From: Acidobacteriota bacterium
GTDB taxonomy: Bacteria > Acidobacteriota > UBA890 > WLXD01
Assembly (NCBI GenBank): GCA_965205505.1
Contig: CBDBHB010000009.1
Span: 1,248,001-1,312,000 of the forward strand
DNA: 64,000 nt
Direction: 5' to 3'
Shown here: piece by piece, positions 1 to 10,335 of the stretch
How positions within the stretch are numbered: position 1 is the first letter of the stretch
Layout of the letters: each line of letters starts with the position of its first letter
Notes under the pieces: generated by a model
Database searches by the model: none
Seen by the model: only the letters and a program-made list of their open reading frames with translations
What the model was told of the DNA's origin: nothing
Position numbers and translations under genes: made by a program

Positions 1-31
1 TCGTAGCTTTCCGTCATTGGCTTTGTTTCCT

Positions 32-170
32 CTAGCAGGGTGCTGAAGAACTCTGGTGGGTCTGGCGCGTGGGTCTTGCTGGCGAGATCAAGGAAGAGTG
101 ACGATGGCGATGCTGAGCGTATCGCAGAGGAGGGCCGACGCCGGAGGTGGCCAGTGTAGACGGCGTCGCT
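32..170. mobile_element. Partial MITE (left end plus one internal hairpin module) related to the 5741-6019 element
   Basis: ctagcagggtgctgaagaactctggtgggtctgg (32-65) resembles the TIR at 5741-5774 and is followed by a ggcgatgc..gtatcgc.gagga module. No matching right end nearby. Confidence 0.55.
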
Positions 171-311
171 GACAATTCTTTACGGTAGCTTCCGCGCATC
201 GGTCGTGCGGCCGCCGCCGGCAGCAGCGAAGATGTGTAGGTGTCTTTGGTGACAGGTGGCGGCGGCTCAATGCCTCCGCATCGCCAGGGCATTCTGTTGA
301 CAGGCGGAGGT

Positions 312-1631
312 ATGGCGTTGAGGCATGTAGCTGTTGGCGTTTTGTTGTGCGCGATCGCGATCGTCAGCCCGGTGGGGTCTGCTGCGCCCCAGAGCCAAAG
401 CCAATGGCCGGTGTGGCGTGGCCCGATGATGTCGGGCGTTTCACCGGACGGTGATCCCCCGTTGGAGTGGAGCGAAGCGAACAACGTTGCCTGGAAGATC
501 GCCATTCCGGGTCGTGGCTCCGGCACCCCCGTGGTGTGGGAGGATCGCGTTTACGTTCTCACTGCCGTGGGCGAGCCCGACACCTCCGTCGCTGCCGACC
601 GGGCGCGCCGCGGAGTACCGAACCCCACCGCGGCGTTGCGTTTCACCGTCATGGCGATCAACCGCGCCGACGGTTCGGTAGCCTGGGAGCGCACGGCGCG
701 CGAGGAGCGCCCGCACGAGGCGCGGCAGGTCAACAACTCCTTCGCGTCGGCCTCCGCAATGACCGACGGCGAGCACGTGTGGGCGTATTTCGGCTCGCGT
801 GGCATCTACTGCTACGACATGAACGGTAACCTCGTCTGGGAGAAGGATCTGGGCGACATGTCCACCCGCCGCGAGTTCGGCGAGGGGAGCTCGCCGGCGC
901 TGCACGGCGATGCGCTGGTGATCACCTGGGACCACGAGGGGCCATCGTACATCGTGGCGCTCGACAAGCGTACCGGTGAGGAGATCTGGCGCACCGCCCG
1001 CGACGAGATCACCACCTGGAGCACACCGCTCGTGCTGGAGCATGCCGGACGCACACAGGTGATCACGGCCGGTACGAATCGCGTGCGCAGCTACGATTTC
1101 TCCAACGGTGAGCTGATCTGGGACGGCCCGGGCCTGACGCTGAACTCGATTCCCTCGCCGGTATTCGCCGACGGCGTGGTCTACCTGATGGCCGGATTCC
1201 GCGGCAGCGCGCTACGGGCCGTGCGCCTCGATTCGGCCGTGGGCGATATTGGCGATACCGACGCGACGGCCTGGCAGGCCGATCGCGACACACCCTACGT
1301 TCCCTCACCGTTGCTGTACGAGGATGCGCTGTACGTCCTCAAGAGCAACGATCCGATCCTGACGGTGTACACGGCCAGCACCGGCGAGCGCCGCTATGGC
1401 CCACAGCGATTGGCGGGGCTGCGCGAGGTCTATGCCTCGCCCGTGGGGGCGGCCGGCCGCGTGTATCTCGTCGGCCGTGATGGCGGAGGCCTCGTGCTCG
1501 AGAACGGGCCGGAGTTCAAGGTGCTGGCGCAGAACAGCCTGGACGACGGGTTCGACGGCTCCCCGGCGATTGTCGGTGGCGAGATGTACCTGCGAGGCGG
1601 ACGCTATCTTTACCGCATCTCGTCGAACTGA
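312..1631 (+). CDS. PQQ-binding-like beta-propeller repeat protein (BamB-like), secreted
   Basis: Signal peptide, WPVWRGP motif, repeated W..G...W and SSP/STP blades. ATG at 312 follows GGAGG. Confidence 0.85.
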   Translation: MALRHVAVGVLLCAIAIVSPVGSAAPQSQSQWPVWRGPMMSGVSPDGDPPLEWSEANNVAWKIAIPGRGSGTPVVWEDRVYVLTAVGEPDTSVAADRARRGVPNPTAALRFTVMAINRADGSVAWERTAREERPHEARQVNNSFASASAMTDGEHVWAYFGSRGIYCYDMNGNLVWEKDLGDMSTRREFGEGSSPALHGDALVITWDHEGPSYIVALDKRTGEEIWRTARDEITTWSTPLVLEHAGRTQVITAGTNRVRSYDFSNGELIWDGPGLTLNSIPSPVFADGVVYLMAGFRGSALRAVRLDSAVGDIGDTDATAWQADRDTPYVPSPLLYEDALYVLKSNDPILTVYTASTGERRYGPQRLAGLREVYASPVGAAGRVYLVGRDGGGLVLENGPEFKVLAQNSLDDGFDGSPAIVGGEMYLRGGRYLYRISSN

Positions 1632-1691
1632 TACGTCGGCCTGCTAGCCAAGGTTCGCTGAGTCTGCGATGCTGCTGGGCGGTGCCGCTCC

Positions 1692-4154
1692 GTGTCTCGA
1701 CAGTGCGGTGCCGTGTGGCGCACTCTCCGCGCTCGGTCGCATGGGAAAGCTTTGGCCGCCGACAGCAGGGCTGATTTGGATCCACGGGTAAGCCCCGACC
1801 GGAAGCCCGGCGCCAACTTCGTCCGCACGATCGTGCGCGATGACCTCGCCGCCGGCAAGTACGACGGCATCGTCACCCGGTTTCCTCCCGAGCCCAACGG
1901 GTTCCTTCATATCGGGCACGCCAAGGCGATCTGCGTCGACTTCGGCATTGCGGCGGAGTTTGGCGGGCACTGCAACCTGCGCTTCGACGACACCAACCCG
2001 GCCACTGAAGACCCGCGCTACGTCGAGGCGATCAAGGCCGACGTGCGGTGGCTCGGGTTCGACTGGGGCGAGCAGGAGTACTACGCCTCCGACTACTTCG
2101 AGCGTCTGTACGAATGGGCGGTCGAGCTGATCCGTAAGGGCAAGGCCTACGTCGACGACCAGACCGAAGAAGAGATCCGTACGTATCGCGGCACGGTGAC
2201 CGACCCCGGGCGTGAGAGCCCGTATCGCGATCGCTCCGTAGAAGAAAACCTCGATCTGTTCGCGCGCATGCGTGCCGGTGAGTTCCCCGACGGTGCCAAG
2301 GTGCTGCGCGCTCGCGTCGACATGGCCCACCCGAACATGAAGCTGCGTGATCCGCTGATGTATCGGATACGTCACGCGCACCACTACCGGAGGGGCGACG
2401 AGTGGTGCATCTACCCGTTCTATGACTGGGCGCATGGCCAGTCCGATGCCATCGAGGGGGTCACGCACTCGCTGTGCACGCTCGAGTTCGTGAACAATCG
2501 CGAGCTCTATGACTGGTACATCGACAGCCTCGACCTGGGGTCGGCAAGGCCCTACCAGTTCGAGTTCTCGCGTCTCAATGTCGACTACACGATCACCAGC
2601 AAGCGCAGGTTGCTGCAGCTGGTCGAAGGCGGCCACGTCGATGGTTGGGACGACCCGCGCATGCCGACGATTGCCGGGTTGCGGCGCCGCGGTGTGACGC
2701 CGGCGGCGATTCGCAACTTCTGCGACCTGGTTGGTGTGGCCAAGACCGAGGGCCGCGTCGACATCGCCATGCTCGAGTACGCCATCCGCGATGATCTGAA
2801 CCTCGAGGCCCCGCGGATGATGTGCGTGCTACGGCCGCTGAAGGTGGTAGTCACCAACTGGCCGGCCGGCAAGGTGGAACAGATCGATGCTCCGCTCTGG
2901 CCCCACGACGTGCCGAAGGACGGGTCGCGGCCGGTGCCGTTCGGCGGCGAGCTGTACATCGAGCGCGAGGACTTCATGGAGCAGCCGCCGCCGAAGTTCT
3001 TCCGCTTGGCTCCGGGGCGCGAGGTGAGGCTCAGGTACGGTTACGTAATCCGCTGTGACGACGTCGTCAAGGACGATTCTGGCGAAGTCGTGGAGCTACG
3101 CTGTAGCTACGACCCCGAGACCAGCGGCGGCTCGACACCAGATGGACGGCGGGTCAAGGGGACGGTTCATTGGGTTTCGGCGGAGCACGCGGTCGCTGTC
3201 TCCGTGCGGCTCTATGACCGGCTCTTCGCCGTCGCCGACCCCGGACGAGACGGAGACCTGATCGCTGATCTGAACCCCGACTCGCTCGAGGTGCTCGAGG
3301 GAGCCCTGGCAGAGCCCACCGTGGCCCAGACCCTGCCGGGTACCCATGTGCAGTTCGAGCGTCAAGGCTACTTCTTCAGCGACCCGGTCGATTCGGCGCC
3401 AGGTGCGCCGATCTTCAACCGCGTTGTTGCCTTGCGTGACTCGTGGACGAAAGCTCTGACGGCGAACGCGCCGACGGGACGCGTCGATGCACCCCGTGGC
3501 ACAGCGGGTTCCGGTGAGCCAGCCTCAGCGACCGGTACGGACGGCGACCGCGAGGTGCGCAAGCGTCGCAAGCGCACGCCGGCCGAAGCGCGCGCGGCGG
3601 CTCGCGATTCCGATGCGGATCTGGCGTCGCGCTATGAGCGCTATCGCGCCGAGCTCGGCCTGAGCGGCGCCGACGCCGATGTGCTCACCGGGAATCCTGC
3701 GCTGGCGGATTTCTTCGAGGCTGCGGTCGCTGCGCCGGCCGATGCCGCAGCCACGTCGAAGTGGATCGTCAACGAAGTGCTACCGGCCACCAAAGAGCGT
3801 CGCCTCGAAGACCTGCTCTTTGATGGAGGCACGCTCGGTACCTTGGTGGCGATGGTCGAGACAGGCGAGATTACCGCCCGGGTCGGCCGCCGGGTGTTCG
3901 AGCTGCTGGTTGACGAGGGCGGCGACCCGCACGCTCTCGTGCGACAGCACGGTCTGGACGCCAGCGTCGACGAAGCGGCGCTCGCCGAGGTCGTCGACCG
4001 CGTGGTCACCGACAACCCCGACAAGGCCGGCGAGTATCGAGCCGGGCGTGAAGCGTTGATGGGGTTCTTCATGGGCCGGGTGATGGCTGAGGTGGGCGCC
4101 GGTGCCGATGGTGGCGCCGTCCAGCGGCTGCTGCGCGAGCGCCTCTCTGGCTGA
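1692..4154 (+). CDS. glnS: Glutamine--tRNA ligase with C-terminal GatB/YqeY-like domain
   Basis: [49 protein letters not shown]-terminal [17 protein letters not shown] is YqeY-like. True start may be TTG 1776. Confidence 0.95.
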   Translation: MSRQCGAVWRTLRARSHGKALAADSRADLDPRVSPDRKPGANFVRTIVRDDLAAGKYDGIVTRFPPEPNGFLHIGHAKAICVDFGIAAEFGGHCNLRFDDTNPATEDPRYVEAIKADVRWLGFDWGEQEYYASDYFERLYEWAVELIRKGKAYVDDQTEEEIRTYRGTVTDPGRESPYRDRSVEENLDLFARMRAGEFPDGAKVLRARVDMAHPNMKLRDPLMYRIRHAHHYRRGDEWCIYPFYDWAHGQSDAIEGVTHSLCTLEFVNNRELYDWYIDSLDLGSARPYQFEFSRLNVDYTITSKRRLLQLVEGGHVDGWDDPRMPTIAGLRRRGVTPAAIRNFCDLVGVAKTEGRVDIAMLEYAIRDDLNLEAPRMMCVLRPLKVVVTNWPAGKVEQIDAPLWPHDVPKDGSRPVPFGGELYIEREDFMEQPPPKFFRLAPGREVRLRYGYVIRCDDVVKDDSGEVVELRCSYDPETSGGSTPDGRRVKGTVHWVSAEHAVAVSVRLYDRLFAVADPGRDGDLIADLNPDSLEVLEGALAEPTVAQTLPGTHVQFERQGYFFSDPVDSAPGAPIFNRVVALRDSWTKALTANAPTGRVDAPRGTAGSGEPASATGTDGDREVRKRRKRTPAEARAAARDSDADLASRYERYRAELGLSGADADVLTGNPALADFFEAAVAAPADAAATSKWIVNEVLPATKERRLEDLLFDGGTLGTLVAMVETGEITARVGRRVFELLVDEGGDPHALVRQHGLDASVDEAALAEVVDRVVTDNPDKAGEYRAGREALMGFFMGRVMAEVGAGADGGAVQRLLRERLSG

Positions 4155-4305
4155 CCGGTCACACTTCCGCCACGGCCCGCTAGTGTGGCGCACGGAACCT
4201 CGGGGCGGCGCGCCGGCGCGAGACAATCTGCGTCGTGCGTCGGGTACGATACGAGCTCCTTGCGATCCCAGGGGTGCCCAGGGACCGCTCGAACAGGAGT
4301 GGGTG

Positions 4306-4677
4306 ATGGCAAGCGAGGTGTCCAAGTTCCGCTGGGAAGACATGCCGAAAGAGAAGGTGACCGACTTGATCGACCGTCGGTTGGTCACCTGCGAGCGCAT
4401 GATGCTGGCGCACGTGTATATCAAGAAGGGTGGCATCGTGCCGATGCACTCCCACGACAACGAGCAGCTCACCTACGTGCTCGATGGTGTCCTGCGCTTC
4501 TGGGTCGGTAGCGAGGACGCCGAGCCCATTGATGTGCACGCCGGCGAGGTGCTCACCCTGCCATCGAACGTTCCTCACAAGGCCGAGGCGTTGGAAGACA
4601 CGCTCGACGTCGACGTGTTCTCACCGCCGCGTCAGGACTGGCTCGACGGCACCGACAGCTATTTCCGCGAGGGCTGA
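4306..4677 (+). CDS. Cupin domain protein
   Basis: PMHSHDNEQLTYV and PSNVPH cupin motifs, C-terminal DVFSPPRQDW. RBS AGGAG upstream. Confidence 0.88.
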   Translation: MASEVSKFRWEDMPKEKVTDLIDRRLVTCERMMLAHVYIKKGGIVPMHSHDNEQLTYVLDGVLRFWVGSEDAEPIDVHAGEVLTLPSNVPHKAEALEDTLDVDVFSPPRQDWLDGTDSYFREG

Positions 4678-4680
4678 CGC

Positions 4681-5469
4681 ATGGATCTCGGCCTTGGGGG
4701 CAAGGTGGCCTTGGTTGCCGCGGCGAGCAAGGGACTGGGCCGCGCCGTCGCCGAGGAGCTGGCGGCCGAAGGCTGCAAGCTGGTTATCTGCGCCCGTGGT
4801 GAGGAGGCCCTCGAGGCGGCGCGGGCGTCGCTGGCCGCAGTCGGGACCGAGGTGACGGCGGTGCCGGCTGACGTGAGCCGCGCCACGGATGTCGACGCGG
4901 TGGTGGCGGCTGCCCACGTGGCTCACGGGCAGGTAGACGTGCTGGTGACCAACTCGGGTGGCCCTCCCGCCGGACCGTTCGAGGCACATTCGCGGCAGGT
5001 CTGGAGCGACGCCGTTCTGGGTATGCTCGATAGCGTCCTCAACTTCAGCCGCGCGGTGTTGCCTGGCATGAAGTCACAGGGCTGGGGCCGCATTATCAAC
5101 ATCACTTCCATCGCCGTGAAGCAGCCGGTCGACGGGCTGATCTTGTCGAACTCGATCCGTGCGGCGGTCACCGGATTCGCGCGCACGCTCGCCAACGAGG
5201 TTGCAGCCTCGGGCGTGACGGTGAACAACGTCATGCCAGGATTCACCTGGACCGAGCGCGTCGAGGAGTTGGCCAGGCGTCAGGCCGAGACGACGGGCGG
5301 TAGCCGAGACGAGATCGTTGCCGCCTGGGAGGAGGCGATACCCATGGGGAGGCTGGCGAAACCGCGCGAGTTCGCTGCGATGGTGGCGTTTCTTGCGTCG
5401 GAGCGCGCCAGCTATATCACTGGCGCGTCGATCGCCGTCGACGGCGGCTGGATCCGCAGCCTCATCTAG
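4681..5469 (+). CDS. SDR family oxidoreductase (FabG-like)
   Basis: AASKGLG Rossmann motif, NSGGPP, RIINITS, ITGASIAVDGG. Confidence 0.9.
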   Translation: MDLGLGGKVALVAAASKGLGRAVAEELAAEGCKLVICARGEEALEAARASLAAVGTEVTAVPADVSRATDVDAVVAAAHVAHGQVDVLVTNSGGPPAGPFEAHSRQVWSDAVLGMLDSVLNFSRAVLPGMKSQGWGRIINITSIAVKQPVDGLILSNSIRAAVTGFARTLANEVAASGVTVNNVMPGFTWTERVEELARRQAETTGGSRDEIVAAWEEAIPMGRLAKPREFAAMVAFLASERASYITGASIAVDGGWIRSLI

Positions 5470-5744
5470 TGCTCCTGATCATAAGTACGGTGACGTTTGT
5501 GGCGCGCGCGAGCGGGGCGAATTGTAGGAGCGGCGACGAGGGCGATGCTGGGTGTATCGTCGAGGCGCCGCGACGCCCAAGGTGGCCGGTCCCGCGGCCA
5601 CCCAGAGGGGAGGAGCGATATGCGGGCGATCTCGGCGTCAGGGCTCGTCGAGGATGGCTAAGGCATCGCCTTCCTCACCCTTCCTTGATCTCGCCCGCAT
5701 CTCGCTCCTGCAAACGTCACCGTACTTATGATCAGGAGCACTAG
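5466..5744. mobile_element. MITE-A, 279 bp including flanking CTAG
   Basis: Perfect 34-bp inverted repeat ctagtgctcctgatcataagtacggtgacgtttg (5466-5499 / 5711-5744), internal hairpins, no credible ORF. Confidence 0.85.
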
Positions 5745-6019
5745 CAGGCCGTGGTGAAAGTGTGGTGGGTCTGGTTACGGCGAGTTGGGGCCAGATGGAA
5801 GGCGGCCTGACACAGGCGATGCCCTAGCCATCGTCGAGGAAGGCCAACGCTGCAGATGGCCCCAAATCGCCGTAACCCTTCGGGCGACAGGGGGTTGCGC
5901 GCGTATGCTGCGTCGTTCCTCGTCAACGATGCGGTAACCATCGCCTCCTCCTCTCTCCTTGCCTCCACTTCGCAAGACCCTGTCGCCAGACCCACCACAC
6001 TTTCACCACGGCCTGCTAG
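5741..6019. mobile_element. MITE-B, 279 bp including flanking CTAG
   Basis: Perfect 34-bp inverted repeat ctagcaggccgtggtgaaagtgtggtgggtctgg (5741-5774 / 5986-6019). Shares CTAG 5741-5744 with MITE-A. Confidence 0.85.
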
Positions 6020-6390
6020 TGCTTCTTGCGCAGCGGCCGAGCATCTTGGGCGCGCAAAGCTATGAGGGCGCCCGCCAGTACCAGCATCCGTGCCGCAGTC
6101 TCGGGACCGCCGATGCCCGTGGACAGGTGCGTGTAGATGGCGCCCACCATCACAGTCGCGATCATCAGTGCGCCGTAGGCGGCGAGCGAGGGGACCATCA
6201 CGATCAACGCCCCGGTGGTCTCGATCACGCCGACGACCCGTGCGAAGCCGCCACTGTAGCCCCAGCCCTCGAATCGCTCGATCAACGCCGGCGAGGGGTT
6301 GAGCTTGCCGAGTCCGGTTTGGATGAAGAACAGCGCCAGCAGCATCGCCACTGCCCAGGCGGCGACGACACGGACACGGATGCTCGGCAT
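6016..6390 (-). CDS. DoxX family membrane protein
   Basis: Four hydrophobic helices, GLGKL...FEGWGY...VGVIE...MVGAIYTH pattern. Confidence 0.85.
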   Translation of the reverse strand: MPSIRVRVVAAWAVAMLLALFFIQTGLGKLNPSPALIERFEGWGYSGGFARVVGVIETTGALIVMVPSLAAYGALMIATVMVGAIYTHLSTGIGGPETAARMLVLAGALIALRAQDARPLRKKH

Positions 6391-6680
6391 AGGAGTCCTC
6401 GATGCGCCGAATGGGCGGCATGCGGGGGGTGGCCAGCATGCCCTCGGATTGATTCGATCCTCCTGTTATTGTCCATCGCGACAGGGTTGTTTCGATAGCG
6501 CTCGAACCACGCCAGCATGTGCGCCACCTTGGCGAGCAGCTGGGCGGGGGCGCGCCGCGAAGCCATGCGAGGCCTCCGGGAAGGCCTGGTAACCAGATCG
6601 CCAGGCGGGTACAAGTTACTGGCAGACTCCCGATCGCCTGTTATCCATTGCGCCCGCCGGGCGAACGACAAGAGAGTGAC

Positions 6681-7057
6681 ATGAGAGTTCTATTGGCGAC
6701 CGTGTTGACCCTGGCATTCACCCTGGCGCTGTCTACGGTGGCGCCTGCGGCAGCGCTCGGCCAGTCGCCGACTACCGCCGCCGAGGCGATGGCGTACTAC
6801 GAGAGCGACGTCGACGACTGGCTGGATGGCCCGGTGGAGTACCTGATCCTCGACGAGGAGCGCGATGCGTGGAAGGAGCTACGGACCTCCGACCAGCGCG
6901 CCGCCTTCATCACCCGTTTCTGGGAGCGTCGTGACGCCGATCTCCGGCAGCCGGGCAACCCGTTCAAGGACGCATTCTACGAGCGCGTCGCCTACGCCAA
7001 CCGCAGGTACCGGGACACGCCGTTCCGCGGCTGGAGGTCCGACCGTGGCCGCATCGC
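6681..7057 (+). pseudogene. GWxTD domain-containing protein, 5' part (interrupted by integrated element)
   Basis: Signal peptide, PVEYLILDEER..FITRFWERRD..NPFKDAFYERVAYANRRY..GWRSDRGRI. The ORF runs into AT-rich element DNA and stops at 7088. Confidence 0.88.
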
Positions 7058-7062
7058 TGTGA
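7049..7062 (+). repeat. attL core (ccgcatcgctgtga)
   Basis: 13/14 identical to 29436-29449. Confidence 0.85.
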
Positions 7063-7097
7063 ACGTTAAATCTATGGTGTCAGAATAAACTATTTAT

Positions 7098-7110
7098 TAT
7101 CAGTAAGTTA
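7098..7110 (+). promoter_or_regulatory. IHF-binding consensus in the att arm
   Basis: tatcagtaagtta matches WATCARNNNNTTR and lies between the att core and the arm repeat. Confidence 0.6.
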
Positions 7111-7141
7111 TGAATTTTCCGAAAAGCATGGTGGTCCTTGT

Positions 7142-7157
7142 GTCACCAGATAGTCAC
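7142..7157 (+). repeat. Putative integrase arm-type site gtcaccagatagtcac (left)
   Basis: Exact 16-bp copy at 29279-29294. Confidence 0.75.
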
Positions 7158-7556
7158 GGTCGACACGGCGTGTCGGGACACCATCGGAGTCATCGAGAAA
7201 GCCCCGTCGGTTTCCAGACAAGGAACGATCACTGACACGAACAGCACCGTGGCTCGAGGGGCGTGCAGTCTGGTAAAGGCTGGATCATGGCACTGCATCG
7301 GCACTGCCGCAGGCGATGGCCATCATCACCATCGCCACCCCTCCTTCGCCCCAGTTCAGTGTGGCGTTTGAATCAGCGGAAGTCGCCGCGCGAGCATCTC
7401 GGCTCTAAGCGTTCCGCAGGCCGCTAGCAAATCCCTGTCCGGGCCGCCTTCGAGCGTCGGGAGTGACGCCTTGCTGCATCGAACCGCTCGCGGCTCTCAC
7501 GGATACTCCTGTCAGACAGCGTGTCGGCCCTATTGCCCCCGGTCCGCGGGTATCGG

Positions 7557-7689
7557 ATCCGCAACACCGAAACAATCCTTTATTTTCAATAACTTACGGC
7601 CTTTCCCATCCGCCACACTGGTATCCTATGTGGCGGATAGGAATCGCTGTAAGTTGTTGATTTCATTGGGTTGTGGCGGTGTGGCGGAT
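7557..7689. repeat. Nested palindrome overlapping the primase 3' end (putative origin)
   Basis: Three pairs of inverted arms: atccgcaacaccgaaacaa/ttgtggcggtgtggcggat, tttcaataacttacggc/gctgtaagttgttgattt, atccgccaca/tgtggcggat. Confidence 0.6.
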
Positions 7690-9971
7690 ACGACAGCCTC
7701 TTCTCGGGGCAAGTAGGTATTCCAAAGTGCCTGTAGCGCCTCGCGCTTGTAACCTTTCGGAGTACTCCCATCGGGTAGACGTACCGTAGCCGGGCGCACC
7801 ATGAACGGCCTGAGCAGGTTGGCCAGCCCGCGCGTCGACAGCCGCTTGCCGCGCCGCCATTCACTCCAGGGCCGGTGTTGCATGGCGTGCAAGGCCTTCA
7901 GGATGCTCGAGGTGGCCATCGCGTTCGGGTCTCCGACGTCGTTGAACACCTGGTGCAGATCCACCAACAGTGTCTCTGCCGCCGCAGTTTCCTGGTCGCC
8001 GGCATCGACGTTGACATACTCGCACGCGCACCATGCCAGGCCGTTTACGCCGGCCCATTGTCCGTCAGCAACATCGGCAATCGCCAGTAACGCCTCCCAG
8101 GCGTCGCGGGCACGGTCGTGAAGGCTGGCCGGGAACGTGACGTTGTTGCGTTGCGCCAGGATCGCTTTCGCGTTGTCGCCCGTCCACTTGACGATCTGCC
8201 GTTGCAGGCGCTTGATGGCGTCGCAGTCACGGTCGCGCCAAAGAGGCAGGCTCTGTCCCGGTGGCTTCCGCTGCATTCGAACTACCAGCGCACGGTCCAG
8301 CACCGTGTCCGGGAGGTCGTCGATGCCGGCCATCACCTTCGGACACCAGCTGGAAAACCGCCGCGGCTCGTGATCCTCCCCGACGCACCGGAGCACGTAA
8401 GCGCCGCTGCGCCCCTGCGAAGAGTTGATGACGGCGATCAGATCCGGGATGTCTTTCTTAGCGAACGTCCGGTCTGCTTCGTCCAACAGCAGGGTCGGGG
8501 CGCTCTTTTCGATCACCCGGAACAGCACTGCAGGGGTCAAGTTACCCGTCGGCAGAGGTCGATGTACGAACTCCGCGATGACTTCCAGCAACAGCGACTT
8601 GCCGCACCGCTTGGTGGCGCTCGTGAGGTTCAGGAACGGCGAGACGTCCAGTCGATCATGCAGCCTCGTCATCACCACCCACAGCGCCACGGCCTCGGTC
8701 AGCGGCGCCGGCATGTACACATAGCGCGCGATCAGCGCGGCGATCTCGGCAAGCATGGCCGCTCCGTCCACCGGCTCAGGCCAGGGCTCGGGCTCGGGCT
8801 CAGGCCATTGCAGTGCGCGGCCTTGAAGAGCGTTGTCACCGCTCTCTGACGCACGGGCTGCCTTGACGTCAGAATCCAATGTCCCGACGCGCACCCCCAA
8901 GCGTTTCGCCTTCGCCTTGCGCACGCGGTCGTACTCGTACGGTGGCAGCTCGGCCAGGCGCATCACTGCCTGCTCGAACTCATCATCGCCGCCGGGTGCC
9001 CCCGCGTTCGCATCGCGCTCGGGGGCCTCCGCCAGCAGCGCGACAAGATCCATCCCATCGGGTGCTTTGTCCGCCAGATCCCAGCCCTGAGGCAGTCCCT
9101 CCGGGACTTGTACGATCCGCACCGAGGCCACACCGGCCTCTCGAGCCAAGCGCGCCACCGTGTCGGCAAAGCCAGCGCCCGGTTCATCGGCGTCCGGCCA
9201 CACCGTCACCTCGCGGCCCTCGAGCACCGACCAGTCCGTCTTGTGGGGGGATTGCGCCCCATGCATGGGTGTCGTTACCACCATGTCAGGAAACAGCTTG
9301 GAGGCCGCCTCAGCCGCCTTTTCGCCCTCGCACACCAGCACCGGTGTATCTGGGGACGCGAGGATGCCGGACAGGTTCAACAGCGGCCGTGGCGCAGGAA
9401 TCCCTTTCGCCCGCCAGCCGCGCTTGCCGTTGCCGAGATCGCACCAGGTAACAGGCCGGATTTCCTTGTCGAGCGTGCCGTCCGAGCTCTTGGTATCCCA
9501 CCGGCATACATAGCCCATCAACCGGCCTTCGGCGTCGTGGTAGGGCCAGCACTGGGACGGTGCGCCATGCTCTCGGTGGTGGTAGTGCATCTGCGATGCC
9601 TCGCGTGGCACCGGCACGATGGGCACGATGGTGTCGTTGTTGCGGCCGTTGCTCTGGAGTTCGTGGCCGTGCATCTCACCAGCAAGCCCGTTGCCGAGCG
9701 TCTTGGCGAGGTCGAGTGTGGCCTCCGATACGCGACACTTCAGCCTGAACGCGTTGAGGCTTATCGGGTCGCCAAACGTCTCGTCGGTGGCAAAATCAGC
9801 CCCGATGCCGGTGTCGATGTTGATCTTGAGACTGTCGCCGGGAGCCCCTTGCAGGTTGCCGGCCATGAACTCCCTGCCTGCGACCCGGCCGGCGGGAAAC
9901 CAGCGCTTCAACAGCTCCGGGTAGGCAGCTAGCGCTTGGGCGTTGATGGTCTCGTAGTCGATGTGGCCCAT
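7626..9971 (-). CDS. Toprim primase fused to DUF3631 NTPase/helicase-like domain (island replication protein)
   Basis: VLVCEGEKAAEA and WPDADEPG Toprim motifs, SATKRCGKS Walker A, LLLDEAD Walker B, RARDAWEALLAIAD and TPKGYKRE typical of DUF3631. Confidence 0.85.
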   Translation of the reverse strand: MGHIDYETINAQALAAYPELLKRWFPAGRVAGREFMAGNLQGAPGDSLKINIDTGIGADFATDETFGDPISLNAFRLKCRVSEATLDLAKTLGNGLAGEMHGHELQSNGRNNDTIVPIVPVPREASQMHYHHREHGAPSQCWPYHDAEGRLMGYVCRWDTKSSDGTLDKEIRPVTWCDLGNGKRGWRAKGIPAPRPLLNLSGILASPDTPVLVCEGEKAAEAASKLFPDMVVTTPMHGAQSPHKTDWSVLEGREVTVWPDADEPGAGFADTVARLAREAGVASVRIVQVPEGLPQGWDLADKAPDGMDLVALLAEAPERDANAGAPGGDDEFEQAVMRLAELPPYEYDRVRKAKAKRLGVRVGTLDSDVKAARASESGDNALQGRALQWPEPEPEPWPEPVDGAAMLAEIAALIARYVYMPAPLTEAVALWVVMTRLHDRLDVSPFLNLTSATKRCGKSLLLEVIAEFVHRPLPTGNLTPAVLFRVIEKSAPTLLLDEADRTFAKKDIPDLIAVINSSQGRSGAYVLRCVGEDHEPRRFSSWCPKVMAGIDDLPDTVLDRALVVRMQRKPPGQSLPLWRDRDCDAIKRLQRQIVKWTGDNAKAILAQRNNVTFPASLHDRARDAWEALLAIADVADGQWAGVNGLAWCACEYVNVDAGDQETAAAETLLVDLHQVFNDVGDPNAMATSSILKALHAMQHRPWSEWRRGKRLSTRGLANLLRPFMVRPATVRLPDGSTPKGYKREALQALWNTYLPREEAVVSATPPQPNEINNLQRFLSAT

Positions 9972-10010
9972 CGGCCCGCTCTCATGGCTCGTGCAGTCTG
10001 ATTATCCGGC

Positions 10011-10316
10011 TCATCGCCCCGCCTGGCTCGTACTCCGGTACGGCTGGCTAAGCTTCCTGGCAACCCACTCATCGAGGCTGTCTCGCGGGTACATGACGTA
10101 ACGACCGAACTTCAGAAACTCCGGTCCGCCACCAACGCATCGCCACTTGCTCAACGTAGCGACTGCGACCGGGACGTTGTGCACTTCGGCCAGGTACGCG
10201 GAGGCTTCCACCGGGTTGAGTCGCCGCTTGTTGAACCGCGACTGAAGGGCGGTGGCGGCGTCCGCAGCGTTGGCCGGAGTCGCGCTGTTGGCTTCGTAGT
10301 GCGTGATGTCAGTCAT
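10011..10316 (-). CDS. AlpA/excisionase-like HTH DNA-binding protein
   Basis: LNPVEASAYL..TLSKWRCVGGGPEFLKFGRYVMYPRDSLDEW. Confidence 0.8.
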   Translation of the reverse strand: MTDITHYEANSATPANAADAATALQSRFNKRRLNPVEASAYLAEVHNVPVAVATLSKWRCVGGGPEFLKFGRYVMYPRDSLDEWVARKLSQPYRSTSQAGR

Positions 10317-10335
10317 TTCGATCGTCCTCGTTGCC

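Noticed and set aside
7040-7160. tRNA/tmRNA as the integration target
   Set aside because: No cloverleaf or T-loop motif at either end. The att core lies within a protein-coding gene.
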